Shown here: positions 11,640-26,699 of the stretch, piece by piece
Layout of the letters: every line of letters starts with the position of its first letter
Numbering within the stretch: position 1 is the first letter of the stretch
Source of the DNA: Octopus sinensis
Lineage: Eukaryota
Reading direction: 5' to 3'
Assembly (NCBI RefSeq): GCF_006345805.1
Contig: NC_043016.1
Span: 26,846,001-26,910,000 of the forward strand
Length of the DNA stretch: 64,000 nt
Notes under the pieces: generated by a model
Databases searched by the model: none
What the model was told of the DNA's origin: nothing
Seen by the model: only the letters and a program-made list of their open reading frames with translations
Program-made: the position numbers and the translations under genes

Positions 11640-14600
11640 TGATAAAAGGTAGTTCATCTCCTCTGAAAGATTCAACATATTGATGTCAATTTTCACCACT
11701 TCATCCCATGTCTTCCTAGATCTACCTCTTCTACATGTTCCTTCAATGTTTAGTGATTAGTAGTTCTTTATTAGTTGTCCTCATCCATCTGTATCACATG
11801 ACCATACCAGCACAGTCTACTCTCTTGAACATATCTGATGCCTCTTATGCCCAATTTTTCTCTAACCCCATTTATGCTTTGTCATACATGAACCTAACAT
11901 TACATATTCACTGGATCATACTTGTTTTATTTCTTCCAAGCCTTTGCATGTCCTCTGAATTTACAACTCAAGTTTCACAGCTATGTAGCACTGTTAGAAC
12001 AGAAGCATAATACAATTAGCCTTTTGTTACCAACAGCAGAAAAAGGTCTCTGAACTTACTTCAGCCAATTCAAATTCTAGCAGCTATACTTTCAGAGCAT
12101 AGCATCTTCTTCTACTGTTAATTAGGTCACCTAGATAACAAGCTATCTACTACTTCTAAGGTGACTCCTGGGCATTCCAGAACATCTATTTCTCATGTGC
12201 TTTTATTGTTCCTGCACATTTACCACAAACAAATTCTACTTTCTCCATTAACCTACCTTTGATTTCACTGCACCTATTATGTGTCCATTGTTTGCATATG
12301 GAATAGGACCATTTACCCTAAGGGTTTAATGTTCTGTCTATTTTCCTACAAATTAGAACCTTAGTCTTTGCGAAGTTAACCTTAAGATCCTTTGATTCCA
12401 GGTTTTGTTTCCATACTTGTAATTTTAATTCTTCTACACTTTTAGCTATAACAAGGTCGTCAGCATAGAGGAGTTCCCAAGGGTAGCTGGTCTTAAATCC
12501 CTACACATAGCTTGAGTGATTCTCACTAGCTATTCATCTACTCCTAGTTTTCGTACAACCACCAGACAAAGGATCAAGTCACCCTGTCAAAGGCTTTCTC
12601 CAGGTCAATGAATGCCAAGTGTAGTGGTTTACTTTTTGCTATTGCTAAATACTTCTCCTGTAGTTACTGAACCATAAAGAGAGCATCAGTAGTGCTTCTC
12701 CCTGGCAAAAAACCAAACTGATTCTCATCCAGGTTCTTTCTAATTAACTGGGTTATGATTCTTTCAGTAACTTTCATAACATGGTCCAGTTATTTGATAC
12801 CTCTATAATTACTTCTTTATATGGCATCTCCTCTACCCTTGTCAGCAAGAGCTGACTATAATGCTGTTACAACAATCAATGGATATGCTTTCCTGTACAA
12901 CATCATTAACTATACAAGTAACTAAGCCATGTCCTAAACCACCAGATATTTTAAGCATTCAAGAGGTAATTTCTAATGGACCAGGGGCTTTTCTAATCTT
13001 CATTTTCTTAATTACTTTATAACACTACTGTCAACATAAATAACTGGACCCTCTGTTGTGTTCACATTAGGAAGATTCTCTTTCTCCCATGCATTCACCA
13101 CATTTAATAACTGTTCATAGCCTTCTTTTCTGAATCTCTAAATAAAAGCATGCTTTGCAATCCAGAATGCCTTATATTTGCAGTCCTTGTGTCACAGAAT
13201 GTGTGCAGACATCTTACTTTTGGATTCTCTACCTGTAACAGTAGCCTTAACTTATGACTGTTTGATCAGAGTATAACATCTTAACTTCACAGACAGAATA
13301 CAAATTTGCTTGAATATTAATTCTTTTGTTGTTGTTTACCTCTGGGTCAACTTTGAATGGATCTATGATCTTAAACATTCCAGCTGTAACCATCTTGTCT
13401 TTTAAGGAGTATCTCAGACTACATTACCTTATATATCTGCTTCATTTTTAAAATCACCAGATGTAATTAAGGGAGATTTTGCTACTATTTCTATAAAATC
13501 AAGTAACTGTATCAGGTTCTCCTTAAGCTTATATTAGTGTTAGTAAAGAAAGTGGACAGATGGGCAAATTACTATATAAAATTCAAATTTTAATGCCATC
13601 AGTCAACGTTGCTTTTCTTTTAACTGGGTGCCTTGAAAAAGAACAAGGAAGACACAAAGTTTTCATGATATTAGATCCCAATTAATAGTGTCCGACTTCA
13701 AAACCTAGTTGAAACTACTTCACTTACACAATACATTTATTTACAATGAGTTATAAGTGAATAAGTGCCAAATACTTATAGCATGAATTTTTGACTGAGG
13801 AAGAAGTCCAAAGAAAACATCACAGAAATTGAGGTCAGATTTTAGGATGCCAGATCTTAGACAAGATGATACAGTATTGAGATAAGTAAAAAAATTTCCA
13901 TATCACACATATACCCAATATATGTTATCATGTAAAGTAGAACATTAGAACATTGATAGTTATGACAATTTGGAATAACATTAATAAATTGATACTACTA
14001 TGCCTACCATTGGGTATGACACTTCCCCATCCTACTGGACTAACTACATAAGTGACTAGTGTGTGACCAATCTATTTAATCAGATATTTTCAGTATCTCA
14101 GCAACCATCTCTGATGATCCAGCTGCTTTCCCTGCCTTCATATTCACAATTATGTTTTCTATAATGCAGTTGTCAATTTCCATAGATCTGTTAGGATCTA
14201 CCTAGGGTAAGCTCCCTCACTCTCATGCATTCTCTTCATTTGACACCTTCTTGAATAACATTTCCATACTTTCAAAGAAGGTAAGTATATCACTTTTGTT
14301 CCATATTCACTTCTTCCCGATACACTCCTTTGCAAGATGGAGCAAACATGTCACAGAACATGTGCAAACCTCTTGCTTTTGGTTGTTTTTGCTCTGTATA
14401 TCCAATGGCTATCTACTCTCCTTAACTATTACATAAATGACTATCACTAACTCTCTCTTCCATTATTCTTCCTTGCATCACCAATATACACTTATCACCC
14501 AGGTTATCAACTGTTATAACCCTCAAACTCACTTGTTCTTTCTCCCATCAAACTGCCTTAAGTGATGGGGAAATAACAACAGATGTCTGCCAACTCTGCA

Positions 14601-14900
14601 CTCCACCCCACTACTTCTGTCCTCTTTAATGAGGTCTCAGCGGGTATCGGTCCATTAACCTACATGCCAGCACAATAAGCCCCATCCATCTCTTTACCTA
14701 AATGCCCCTACTGACCATTTGCTATTTCACTTGCAACAAGGGCTGATTTAGTGTTGAGTACACTGACTTAAACCTTGACAGATGATATCTAGCACAAGCT
14801 ACCTAGATGCTATTGCAACTCAAGAAGAATCCCACTATCTCCTTTGATAAATTAGGTACAATATAGAAGGAATACCAGGCTGTAAAACCTTTACAACAGA
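11640..14900 (-). mobile_element. Decayed RTE-clade LINE (interrupted about 13260-14030)
   Basis: Minus-strand translation near 12580-12790 gives QFGFLPGRSTTDALF...HLAFIDLEKAFDRV. A KAGKAAG-type linker lies near 14100-14150. Many stops. Confidence 0.75.
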
Positions 14901-17099
14901 GGCATCCCTTATACTACTTTTAAGAAACCCAAAAGTAAAATACCCAATAACTTAGTGTCAAGGTTACCTCAGCATAAAATTTTCAATTATCCTTGGCTGC
15001 TCTTATGGACTCTATATTTATGACTCTTATGGAAACTATATTTCAATTATGAACCTCCTACCTACTCTTTGTATACAACCTAACATATTGACCTATGAAC
15101 AGTAAGAATAAAGACCAGTTCAGGGTAAGATGACCTTTTTTAACCCAGACCAACACAGAATAGAGGATACTCATAAGCTCAAACATAGGCTACTTTCTAT
15201 TACCAGTGACATGATAGAAAATGTTCCTTTTTACACACCAATTATGTAAGAACAGAAGGAAAGATATGCATGCAGAGAAGAGGGAACTCTTTAGTTTTGC
15301 AGGTGTCAGTAAACTAATGATAATAGAGGATAAAGAGAACACTTAAGTCTTGCCCGGCATGGCATCTGTAGTGCCAGGAATATAGTAAAATATACCCAGT
15401 ATACAATGTAAGGTAGCTGGTGATATAAAGGGTATCCAGCAATAGAAATCTTGGAACATATGGGCTAAAAGTGGGTCCTGGTTAATCTAGGAGAATGGTA
15501 ACTCTAAGAACTGGCTCAGGTTGTAAACAACCTATCCAACTCATGCCAACATGGAAAAGCAATGATGAGGATGATAATGATGAATTGGACACTGAAGAAC
15601 AGCTTCACACAAGAAAAACAAAATAATTGCCACATTTTTTATCCAAATCAAGCCAAATATAACCTTACACATAAGATACAACTTAATGACACTGTGACCA
15701 CAACAAAACATCCAATAGTATTGAGTTTTGCATCCATTGCTAAACATGTGAGAAATAGCAGCCAAATACACTTCAAACACCCAGTTGTCTTAAATAACAT
15801 GTTACATTAGATAAAGATGTTTCAAATACTCCTAAAAATAATGGATGGTCATGGCTGGAATGTTTTTAATCATAGGTCTAACACAATACTAAACAAATCA
15901 AAAATAATTAAACAAAAGTCCACATATTTCTCAACACATACATTTTATATATAAATATATACTACTTGGCTATATTCAAATGGAGGCCAACAGAATAAAA
16001 GAAATTCATCACAACATGCAAAAGAAAAGAAAATTATGTGATCCATTCTAGAACATACCCTTCTTTTGTCTGGTCTCCAATGGCTTTGCACATAAGCAGC
16101 AATACACAGCTCATAGAAAATACTATGGTCTGACTTGCCACAGGCTGCACAAGAAACATTACACACATACTTCCACATACCATACACTGAAACTACATGC
16201 CTTTACAACTTAAGCAATTATCACAAAACCTCACAATACATACACTCACCAGGAATAACTATATTGAACAAGGCTACAAAAACTACATCACAAACATTCC
16301 AACTATATCCAAAGTCACAAGTGAACAAACAATAGAAAACCTATAGACAATCCACACATTAAAAAACTAAACATTGTTCCCAAAGCTATCAACATCTGAA
16401 CTACACTAATCCAACCCAGAACCAAGAAATCACCTTTCCTTTTCTTCTAGCTATACCATATAAACCATAACACACATTTTACAAATTGCTCCCTGTATAA
16501 GAACCATACACCTCTTTAATTACACGCACGTACCTACAGGGGCAGACCAGCTTCTGAGCAGTTGAACTGGGGCCTAAGAAGGAGTAGAAGGAAGCTGTCA
16601 TGATCTTGTGCCTTGCAGGGAGGCCAACAACAATTGAATTTTTAATTTTGTTCTTTTAATTTCTCATGTGCAATATGTAAATAATTTATAAAATTTGATT
16701 GATTAAATTGGTTTTATCTCAACACAAAAGTGGAGTGAGGATGCGTGACTTTGTAAAAAACATTATTGTATCATTACTTCCAGATGTATAAATAATGTAG
16801 TAGACATCCAGTTCTATTATTGATACTTCATAAGTTGTTATATATTGTTCTTCAGACATAATCATAAAGCTTCATGACTGCAAAATTATTTTTAACTGGT
16901 TGGCATTCAGGAACATTACAGTTAAGAAATTATTATGCATGAATTTTAATGTATAATGGATGAAAATAATACACATGAAAACAATGATGACTAAAGATTA
17001 AAGCTAATGTCAAATATTTATAATAATAATAAACAAGTTACTATTTAAAATCATAGGTTTGTATCAAAACGATAGAATAGGTGGAATTGTAAAACATAC

Positions 17100-17221
17100 C
17101 TTTGGGATAGACTCCAGGGTCCATAAATGTTGCTAAGGCAAAATTTGCAACAACAAATAAAGATAATATACCCTGATATATAGGAATAGCCATATGATAT
17201 TTCTCAAGGTGGTCTGGGACA
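17100..17221 (-). CDS. ZDHHC8: ZDHHC5/8-family palmitoyltransferase, coding exon 2 (VPDHLEKYHMAIPIYQGILSLFVVANFALATFMDPGVYPK)
   Basis: Contains the ANFxLATFMDPG motif diagnostic of ZDHHC5/8. Acceptor ttttgcag|T at 17222 and donor G|GTATGT at 17099. The exon is 122 bp, phase 2 to phase 1. Exon 3 (MKWC...DHHC region) was not found at 1-17099. Confidence 0.93.
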
Positions 17222-20200
17222 CTGCAAAATAATAAAAATAGGGAATTAGGGTTCAATACGTATATTTAAAAAAAAAACAACAACATTTTTTTAGTTATTT
17301 CATTTCATGTCTATTTAAAGGAGAGAAAATACGCTGAAATAATTTTCACTGGTTGTTTTCATTTCATTTCATTAAAAAAAGAATAGTATTCATTTATCGA
17401 CATTATCAGGCTTACATGATTTGGAAAACTCTTTAAATGTCTTTCACTAATTCTTTTGTCTGCAAGAGCCCTAATGAAGGGTGTTAATAACATTTAGAAA
17501 GTTAATCCAAATTTTTTTGTCTATTATAAAAACACATATTTTACAAGGATACAATTGGTACAACAGTAGAAGCTATAATATATTAGAGGGGACACACACA
17601 CATAGTATAATTAGAACTACATGGTTTCATAAATTGCTAACCTTGCAGGATAAAACAGACATTAAACAAATCTTACAAATCAGGTTAAGAAATGTTTCAC
17701 TCAACCTGGACCAACTTGCAAATAACAATTAAGTGACCTTTGAAAGCAGCGATTTTAAAGCTAAATGCTCCTACTTTGACAAACATTATATTGTGAACAG
17801 ATATTAATTCTAAATTAGAAGGAAACAAAAAACTAAAAACAATGCCTGTATCAAGGTTTCAACTCATGACCTATGAACATGTAGTTAGTATCTATTTCAT
17901 TAGGTAAATATGCTTTTGAAAATAAATGTAATAAAAGTAAAAATTAAATAAATATAAATCTTCAAATCTGTAAATGCTGATGTAAGAATGCATGAATGCT
18001 TTCTCCAAATCTCATATATATTTATATAGATAAAAAAAAAAAAAAAATCAATAGCTATTTGATATATTTTCAATAAATTAAATGTTACATTGAGAAAGTC
18101 ATCTTTTAAGCAGCACATCCATAGCAGGCATACATAAATAAGCTATGCTGCTGAACTAATCTGTAATCTGACCCAAAAACAATTCATATTGTAGTGGTTC
18201 ACCTTCACTGAATAAGTTAACATGTAAAAAAAAAATAAATAAATAAATAAAAGCATTTAACAGAGCTTGGCTCAGGGTCTTCACAAATTATCCAATGGCA
18301 TTTATCCAAAACTACAGTGGTTAACATATTTTCTGTTTCATCATTGATGTTGAAATAATGCAACAGAGAAAACTTATTTAGTACATATATGTTCTCAACT
18401 TTATTTTAGTTCCTACTTGGTCAGAATAATAATGAACTCTTCATCAAAATAAAATTTATATATATAAACTATCTCCTCGGCATCATTCAATGCCTATTTT
18501 CCATGCTGGCATAGGTTTGGCAAGAGCTGGTGAGCCAGAAAACTGCACTAAACTACAATGCCTGCTTTAGCATAGTTCCTATGGTTGGATGCCCTTTACA
18601 AAATGGAAATGATCAAATTTTCAGTTTTATATTTAAATTCTTCTGAAATATATAGTAAAATTAGCTTTTCACAAAGAATATAAGCAAATTAAAGAGACAA
18701 ATGAACATTACAAATTGATTAATCGAAAATACAACAAACTATATAAATGCTTTTTAATGAAATAAACTAGTAAACCTCAAAACTTATAAATTCAAATATG
18801 TATTAAATTTTCATTTTCATTTATTATTTCTAAATACTTCAATTTGAAAGTAAGCATGAATCTTGACTTTCTGGCTATATGTTTTTAATATATATTTTGT
18901 AGTTTGAATAATGACTAACTTATGACTTGTAAGTTATATGATTGATTAATTAGTATATATTAGAATAAAGTTTGTTGGCTGCTCCTTCCCAACCCTTCTC
19001 TGTTTTTGTGTTCTGGCAAAAAATGTAAGCTCGCTTGTACTTTCTCTCACACAAATGCACATGCACACACAGACACACACGAGTAGGCTAGAAAAAAATG
19101 AAGACATTATTGGCATGAATCTTGCAGAAGTGAATCTGAAGATAATCTTTGGCAAAACAACAGTTAAAATAATATTTTGGATAAAGTTCCATATTTTGCA
19201 TTTTCTTGTCTATACCAGCTGAAGCAAAATGCATACAATCATACACTGTAAAGTGACAACTATTTATATAGTAACCAGGTGCAAAAACCTGCAATATATA
19301 TAAGTGAATAATAGATGATACTATATAAGCAGTCACAAAATGAAGCACTCAGAAATAGAATGATTCAATAGTTTTTTGCTGTTACAAAACAATGAATGAA
19401 CACAATATAAATTAATAATCAGCTTAGATGACAGTGCATTAACATTTCATTGGGGAAATATATATTTTGTAATACAGAGGTAGCCAATTAAGTGCTTAGA
19501 GACTTAACCACAAATACCACAGACTAGCCATAATTTTGATTTTAGTTGTTATACTAGTACATTACCAATGTTTAATTAACATCCATCAAAATGAAAAGCT
19601 TTATCAACCTTGGAATTGAACTGAGATGCAAACTACTACATGACAATAGTTAAAGTGAAGCATCAGACTTTAATCTGATACCTTCCTTTAATATTGCTTT
19701 AATATTACTTACTAGTTTATATCATTCTGAATATTTATTTATGCAAATGATGACTCCTTAAGACAAATTATACTGGAACAAAGCTTAAATTAAGGAAGAA
19801 TACTAGTATTTTAACTACTCTGCCACAAAATACTTAAATACTGCTTCCTTTATATTTATCGATTTCTCAATATGCTTAATTTAAAAACAAAATGTAAATG
19901 AACAATTTAACCTTTTTAAAATTCTCATGTTACTATTCAATGCAAACATTATCTAAATTAAAATTATACAATTAATTCTAAAGTTTTCCAAAGCATACAA
20001 AAGTCAAAATGGTTTTCTTAGTTTAGAGTTGACATAACCCACCATTCTTCAATGTTTTCCATATTACTATAGGTGAGACATTTCGATAGAAACCAATGAG
20101 CCAGAAGACTGTGTCAAGCTCCCATGTCCACTTTGGCATGGTTTCTATGGTCAGATGCTCTTTCTAATGTCAACAACTTTACATAATGTACTGGTACTGC

Positions 20201-23200
20201 TTTCATGTCACTGGCACAAGCGATGCCATCAAGTAACTCTCAAGACAAGACCCCTAAGATGAGTGGGGTTGTAGTATTGAGGGAAGTGGCTTTATGTCAG
20301 GTGTTTAGAGCTTAAAGTATGATAGAGGGACTGGAACAGGTGTTTTGCACAAGAGGAGATACATGGCTTCTCCAGCTAAAACAAGAAAGAAAGGTGGTGG
20401 GGGCATACCATCAAGGTACATGAGAGTGTAAGGTTAGCGGATCAGAAAGGTAGGTGGATAAGTGAGTTCATTAATGAGTGATAGACGGTTAGAGATGGAG
20501 GTTGAAGTGGATACAGTGAATGGGACAGACAACTGAAAACATGATTAGTGGTGAATATCAGTTTCAGGAGGGAAGTAAAGGAAATAGGAATGGCTAATGG
20601 TAGAGGTTGATAAGGAGCAGTAATAGGGAGATGATGTAAGTTTAATGAGGATAAATGGGTATCATTTATACTATCTGAGTGAGCAGTAATGTAATTAGAA
20701 GAGTGATGGAGAGGTAGGTGTTTGCAGACAAGTTGTGGAGGAATAATCCACATTATTATCTGGATTAAATAAACAAACATAATAAATTTACTTTTACAAA
20801 TAAGCCCATAGTAAACATCAATATTAGCAACTGAAACAATTTCAAAAATAACACGCACACAATTTCTTCATTATCAATCCTTACAGTTCCTTAACAAATA
20901 ATTATCATTCCAATGTATCTCCATTCCACTTGCCTACTCTGTTAGATCATTTCAGATAAGAAACACAACTTTGTAACTATCTCAAACTTTAACAAGCTGA
21001 ATCAAAGTAGTGTATATATAATGACACTGATATGAAAAGTGCATCATGTTTTGCATACTTGTATTTATCTTATCAAGAACCATATTTTTAATGGGACCTT
21101 GACAGATAATGTGATTCTATAAATGTTAAATTTTTAAAAAAAATTTTTAAGAAAAAAGTAGCTTATCTCATTCTCATATTTGGCATATGTTCAAAAAGTT
21201 CTAAACAGTCACTAATATTTCTATTATATAGTGAATCTTTTTTTTTATTTTCTTAAGATTATGAATAATTCTAGAGAACCCTAGTTCACTATGAAATTTG
21301 AAACTTTTTTTAAAGGCAACAGAAAAAATAAATTAGTTTTACTTATTACTATTAAGAAATCACCATTGTTGTTACAAAGAAATCATCTTTATTATTATTT
21401 AATTACTATTTTTATTATTTGTATATGTAAACTTCAATAGAAAAGGCACATTCAGGGGTATTTCAGGAAAAGATTTGTTTACTATTCATGTAAGCCTTTC
21501 TAAACAGAAAATGAAAAGCTAAAATATAAAAATATAGGAACAATGTAGAGAACAACACAGTGTTTTCTGGCTGAAACATTGATCTTAGTATTTATTATAT
21601 CTACAGGCAGTGGTAGGGATTTCACAGAGTGCCAAACTATGTGTCTAGCCTCACCTCTGTCTGTGTTCTGATATCAAATTTCATTTGGGCTAACTTTACT
21701 GTTTAAGAAAATTAGTACCAGCTATAAACTAAAGTCAATGATATTCACTATTTCCCCCTGCAACAAATTTCTGATCTTGGGCAAATGAAAGAAATCATTA
21801 CTTAACAGTACATACATTGCAAATATACTGCTCATGAAAATCTTATCTGATTCTCCTTAATCTTTTTGGAGACATTTGTCAAAATGTTAAGCTATCATGA
21901 CCTGATAATGTGAAACAAAATTAAATGCCTCCAGTGACAAACTATAAACTTACAATCTACAGACAGAAAAGCTGATATCTTGAAAAATTCAGCCACTGAT
22001 AATATCAGTCAACAACATTATAAAATTCTTATTTTTACAAATAGCCATTATAGCAGTATACTACTTAATCACATATAGAATAAAATCCAGAAAGATCTTA
22101 AATTTGTTTTCTAATCCCTGATCAGATTTTAATTCAGAAAAGCCAGTAAATTAAATATAAAAAATCTACTTTGATTTGTTTTATCCTAGATAGTTTGAAT
22201 GTATTGCTGTTCATGTTTGAGAAATAATTCATCAATTTGTTATGATCAATTCACAACTATTACATAACATTTCCATTACATATATTAAATTCTTATATTC
22301 CTATTTAACTATTTTTGTTCCACTGCTTGACATGACAAGTTTTGCTGAGAGAGTTGTAATAAAGTGTCACATAATTATTTGAAGTATTGCTTGTTTGTGT
22401 CAAATCACTGGCATTGTACATTCATGATAAAAGTACTAAATGAGTCAGTCCACCCACTAGTGTAAAATAAGTATGATAAGGTTTAAGACTCAGCTTTTAG
22501 CAATGTGGAAAAATAAATGTCTCCTAATTACTGAAAGACTTTAAGGACTGACATTTAACTCTACACATTCATATGTATAAATTTAAAAAAAGAATCTTGA
22601 AACAAATTAAAATAACTTCAAAACAAAATATTCTCAGATATTGAAAATAAAACAATGCTTTGAATTGCTTGGGCTTATGCAGATTCAATACTTGGTGTGT
22701 TTGCAAAATTACTGGAAAACAGCTGAATGGATTTTCACCAAATTTGGCAGAAATACTCATTGGGTGAGTGGCTCAGAATGATGAAAATTTGGTTTGACTA
22801 TCTTCAAACATACGTAAATACATATGTAGATAGGTGACTGTGTGTATGAGTGTGTGTATACATGTGTGCAGGTACAGTGATGGATTCAAGGCTTTCATTT
22901 ACTTATGAGTTGATTTAATTTGACTGGAGAATAAATACCTATAATGGTGAGACATAAAAAAATCAGTTCAGTTAAAAAGCATAGGTAAGCAATGCATTGT
23001 AAGCCACACTATAAATTTATCTGTGCACAGGGTATGCATTGCCCCTCAGATGCCTTTTCCATTTTAAATTTTAATTCATTTCATCTGAATTAAGCCTACA
23101 AAGTAACATTTACTTTTGGATAAATAAAATTAGTTTGACAGCAATGATAGCTTGTTCTTAGATTACAAGTACTGGTATTTCATGAGGTAAACAAGGAAGC

Positions 23201-26200
23201 AAATGAGGGCAAAAGATTTGCTGTTAAAATTCATAAGCATGTACTATCAGCTACTAAACGAAAAGATTGGGAATTCATTGCTGCAGCACATGGTGTTAAA
23301 CTGATATCATAAAATTGAGTATATAAAGATTGTGCATCTCATTTGTTCTGTGGAGGTATCCGTAACAAAGTCAAGAAGATGGGACTTTCTGAATAGTGTG
23401 CCTAACAAAAAATTACCTTGAATTCTTTTTAGTAGTACAACCTGCTTGATGATAAGTCATGTCTCATACAGCCTAATTCTCAAAAAAAAAGGTTAGTTAC
23501 CTATGCCTGAGATACTTAAGTAGTCAAACAAATGTCCAAAATTAACAATGAAGAAGCACCATGAACATTTGCATTCAATGTATGGATATGACTGACTGTG
23601 TCCTCATAGAACATAGTAACTGAATTGTAGTGGGGGGGAGGGGGAGTTTCAACTACCTAATAAGGTATAAACAAGGGTAAACTTATTTAGCAAAAATATT
23701 TACTTGAATACCCAATTTCAAATACAACAAAGGAAGGATTCCAGAAGTGTTCTACTAACCTAGAGAACAATTGATATACTGTTTACTAAGTGGGAGAGGA
23801 CAATTTCAAGTAATGAGGCTCCTCATTTTAGTTACTTGGTGTCAGTCAACACTAGTTAGCCAGGCAATAAAAGGTTCTTTTTAAATGAATATCAGGTAAA
23901 CAACATTGCAAACATTCTGAAGGGTTAAAATTTACATCACTTCAAATATTAAATCAAGGTGATTTTAGTCATTTGAACTCATTTCTGTGAGAAAATGTTG
24001 GTTATCTGCAACTTAAAACAGCCACCAGCTGTGCAGATGGATGACTTTATCCATCTGAAATGTTTTTATTGATTAAATTAAGCAACCAATAAGACAAAGA
24101 TCATTACAAAAGAATACTACTTTAGTGAAAGGTGAATAGTGTGAGTAGTAGTGGATTGTTTATTTGGGCTTGCAATTCACAATTCTGGTTTTTCTTCTGA
24201 CAGCGATTGTGAAATTTATATCCAGGTGCTAACAGCTAACTTTTGGCCTGTTCATCCTAAATTACTCACATTCAAAAGCATTCATAAGTATTTGAGTGGT
24301 TGATGGACAGGATTCTATGGACTATTTTGTGATTGGACTCAAAGAATTTACATGACAAATTCTGATTTTTCTTCTTTTTTTTTTTTGGAGATATCTCAAG
24401 AATAAAATCAACCAATGCAACCTTACCAACATCTAGGAATTATGAGCTACAATCATTGATGAATTTGTTAACTTAATAAATGATTTAGGTCGCAAATCTT
24501 CAAACTTGTTGCATAGAAGATTGCAAAGCTCTTCAGCAGAAAAAGAGACACATTCTGAATAATTTGAAAATAGTAAATTTTGATATTATTTAATAACAAT
24601 TATAATATTTACATAAGCTTTCTACTTAACTTTTTGTAGGAATTGTTTATCATATAATACCTTATGGCAGACTGTGTATAAATCAATTCATTAAAGAAAA
24701 TACAATAAACTCCTTTTTTAAGCGTGATTATAAAAGTGATTAGATAATTTTAAATTATCTTCAAAATATTTCAAATGAAAAAAGAAAATGTAAGGAAGAT
24801 TTATTTGGATATAAAAAATATTAGCACAATGAGAAGTTTTCTCTCTGAAGTTCCTGTAATGTTTATTTTAGGACCTAATCTAGCTGAATTAACCAATCAC
24901 ATTTAATAAACTAAAGTTACTAAATATTTCTGATACCCTTTTTAATTGTGTCCTTTTGTTGTATCACGCTATTATAAAAAAAATACAGTACAATAATGAG
25001 TATTTTAACAAAGTATTTTCAATTGTCAGGATTTTATATGCTATGCAACATACTAAATAAAGAAACAATTACACAGGAATTTTTTTTTTATCTCTTTGAA
25101 CACGTTCTAATCTATTTATGGTTATTTATCTTTAGCTTGAAAAAGAAACCTAACTTGAACCTAATAAATATATATATTTTAAATTATATCTCAAAATTCA
25201 GTTTATTGCAAAAAATTGATATTAAGCTTACTTCGCAATGAACTTGAAAAATTAGTAGCCTATTCTTTCTATTCTGCGAAAAGTCTTTACAATGTTTTTC
25301 AATGTTTATAAGTTCATAAAATGTGTTACTCAAATGTAAATAAAAAGCTATAAGGCTAAAGAATGTAATTTTAACTAACATAAAACAATCACACGTCTGT
25401 CTGTCTCTCACATATGAATAGTACATTATGATAAGTGATTAACATTAAAAATCAACCTAATTTTTAGCAAGCGTCATTATTGTGATATGTCAGAATTGAA
25501 CATTTTTGCAATTCTTCCTGATTAGTTTTAAAAAAATTTTTTTATCTGCTGTAATTGAACAATACTGGCAATTTACAACCCCTCCTCATTTGAATTACGT
25601 TTAAAAGGCAAACTATTTCTTGTAATGCAATATATAAATCAAAACTTGCTAACTTTAAACTGATCAGACAGGTACCAAGTCACAGTTCACAAAATTAAAT
25701 TGGCAAAAATCTAACATTTGTTGGATTTAATGGGAGACAATTTTTCAAATTTTGTAATGAAAAACAATAGAGAATTAAAGAAATATTAATGTGCTAATAA
25801 TGTTGAATTTGCTAGCATTAAATATTGTGTACTATGACTATAGTGCTCTAAACAGTTTCACAAAGAAACTTCATTACTATTTACAAATTAAATAAATCTT
25901 GGAAAAATATAAATTGGGATAAAAATTTTTAACCTATAGGTGTAGTCATGGCTGTGTTTCAAAAAGTTTGCTTCCCAACCACATGAAACCAGGTTCAGTA
26001 CCACAGTGTGGCACCTTGAGTAAGTTTCTTCTATAGCCTCAGGCTAACCAAAGCCTTGTGAGTGATTTGGTAGACAGGAACTGAAAGAAGCCCATCATAT
26101 GTATGTGTGTGTGTGTGTGTGTTTACATCCCCATAACTTAGTGGTTCAGCAAGAGATCAATAGAATAAGTACCAGGCTTTACAAATAATAAATACTTGGG

Positions 26201-26699
26201 TAAACTTGATTAAAATTCTTCCAGATGGTGCCCCAGCATGGCCACAATCTAATGACTAAAACAAATAGTAGATAAAAGATATAACAACTAAGATTAAAAT
26301 AGGAATTCTTGGACAAAATATAATATTCATTCTGATATTAATCCTTTTCTATATCCATTATGTAAGTACTGAGCAAAAATGAATATTGCATTATGATTGC
26401 AACAGAAAATGCACTTGTATTATATAACAGTATTCATAAACCATTATCATGCAATATACCTCTTCCTCACCCCACTGAAAATGTATTATCAGTGCTAAAA
26501 ATACAGATAATTAAACTCAGCTGCATATTCTAGTTGCTGTTATTTATTATCAGCCAAATTCTTCATTCAAAAAGTAATATGCAAGAGCACCTTTCTTGAA
26601 AATCTTACTAGAAGGTATGTACAAAACCTTCTAAAGGGACTTTTTATTCTTGCTTTCTATAAAAGAAAATTGCTATGCATTAACTCAACTACTATGAAA

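Noticed and set aside
18946-19155. ORF MPKIIF...ARFMPI as ZDHHC exon 1
   Set aside because: It starts at TTG, runs into a (TG)n tract and has no suitable donor.
24160-24560. Possible old transposase fragment
   Set aside because: No diagnostic motif could be read in any frame.
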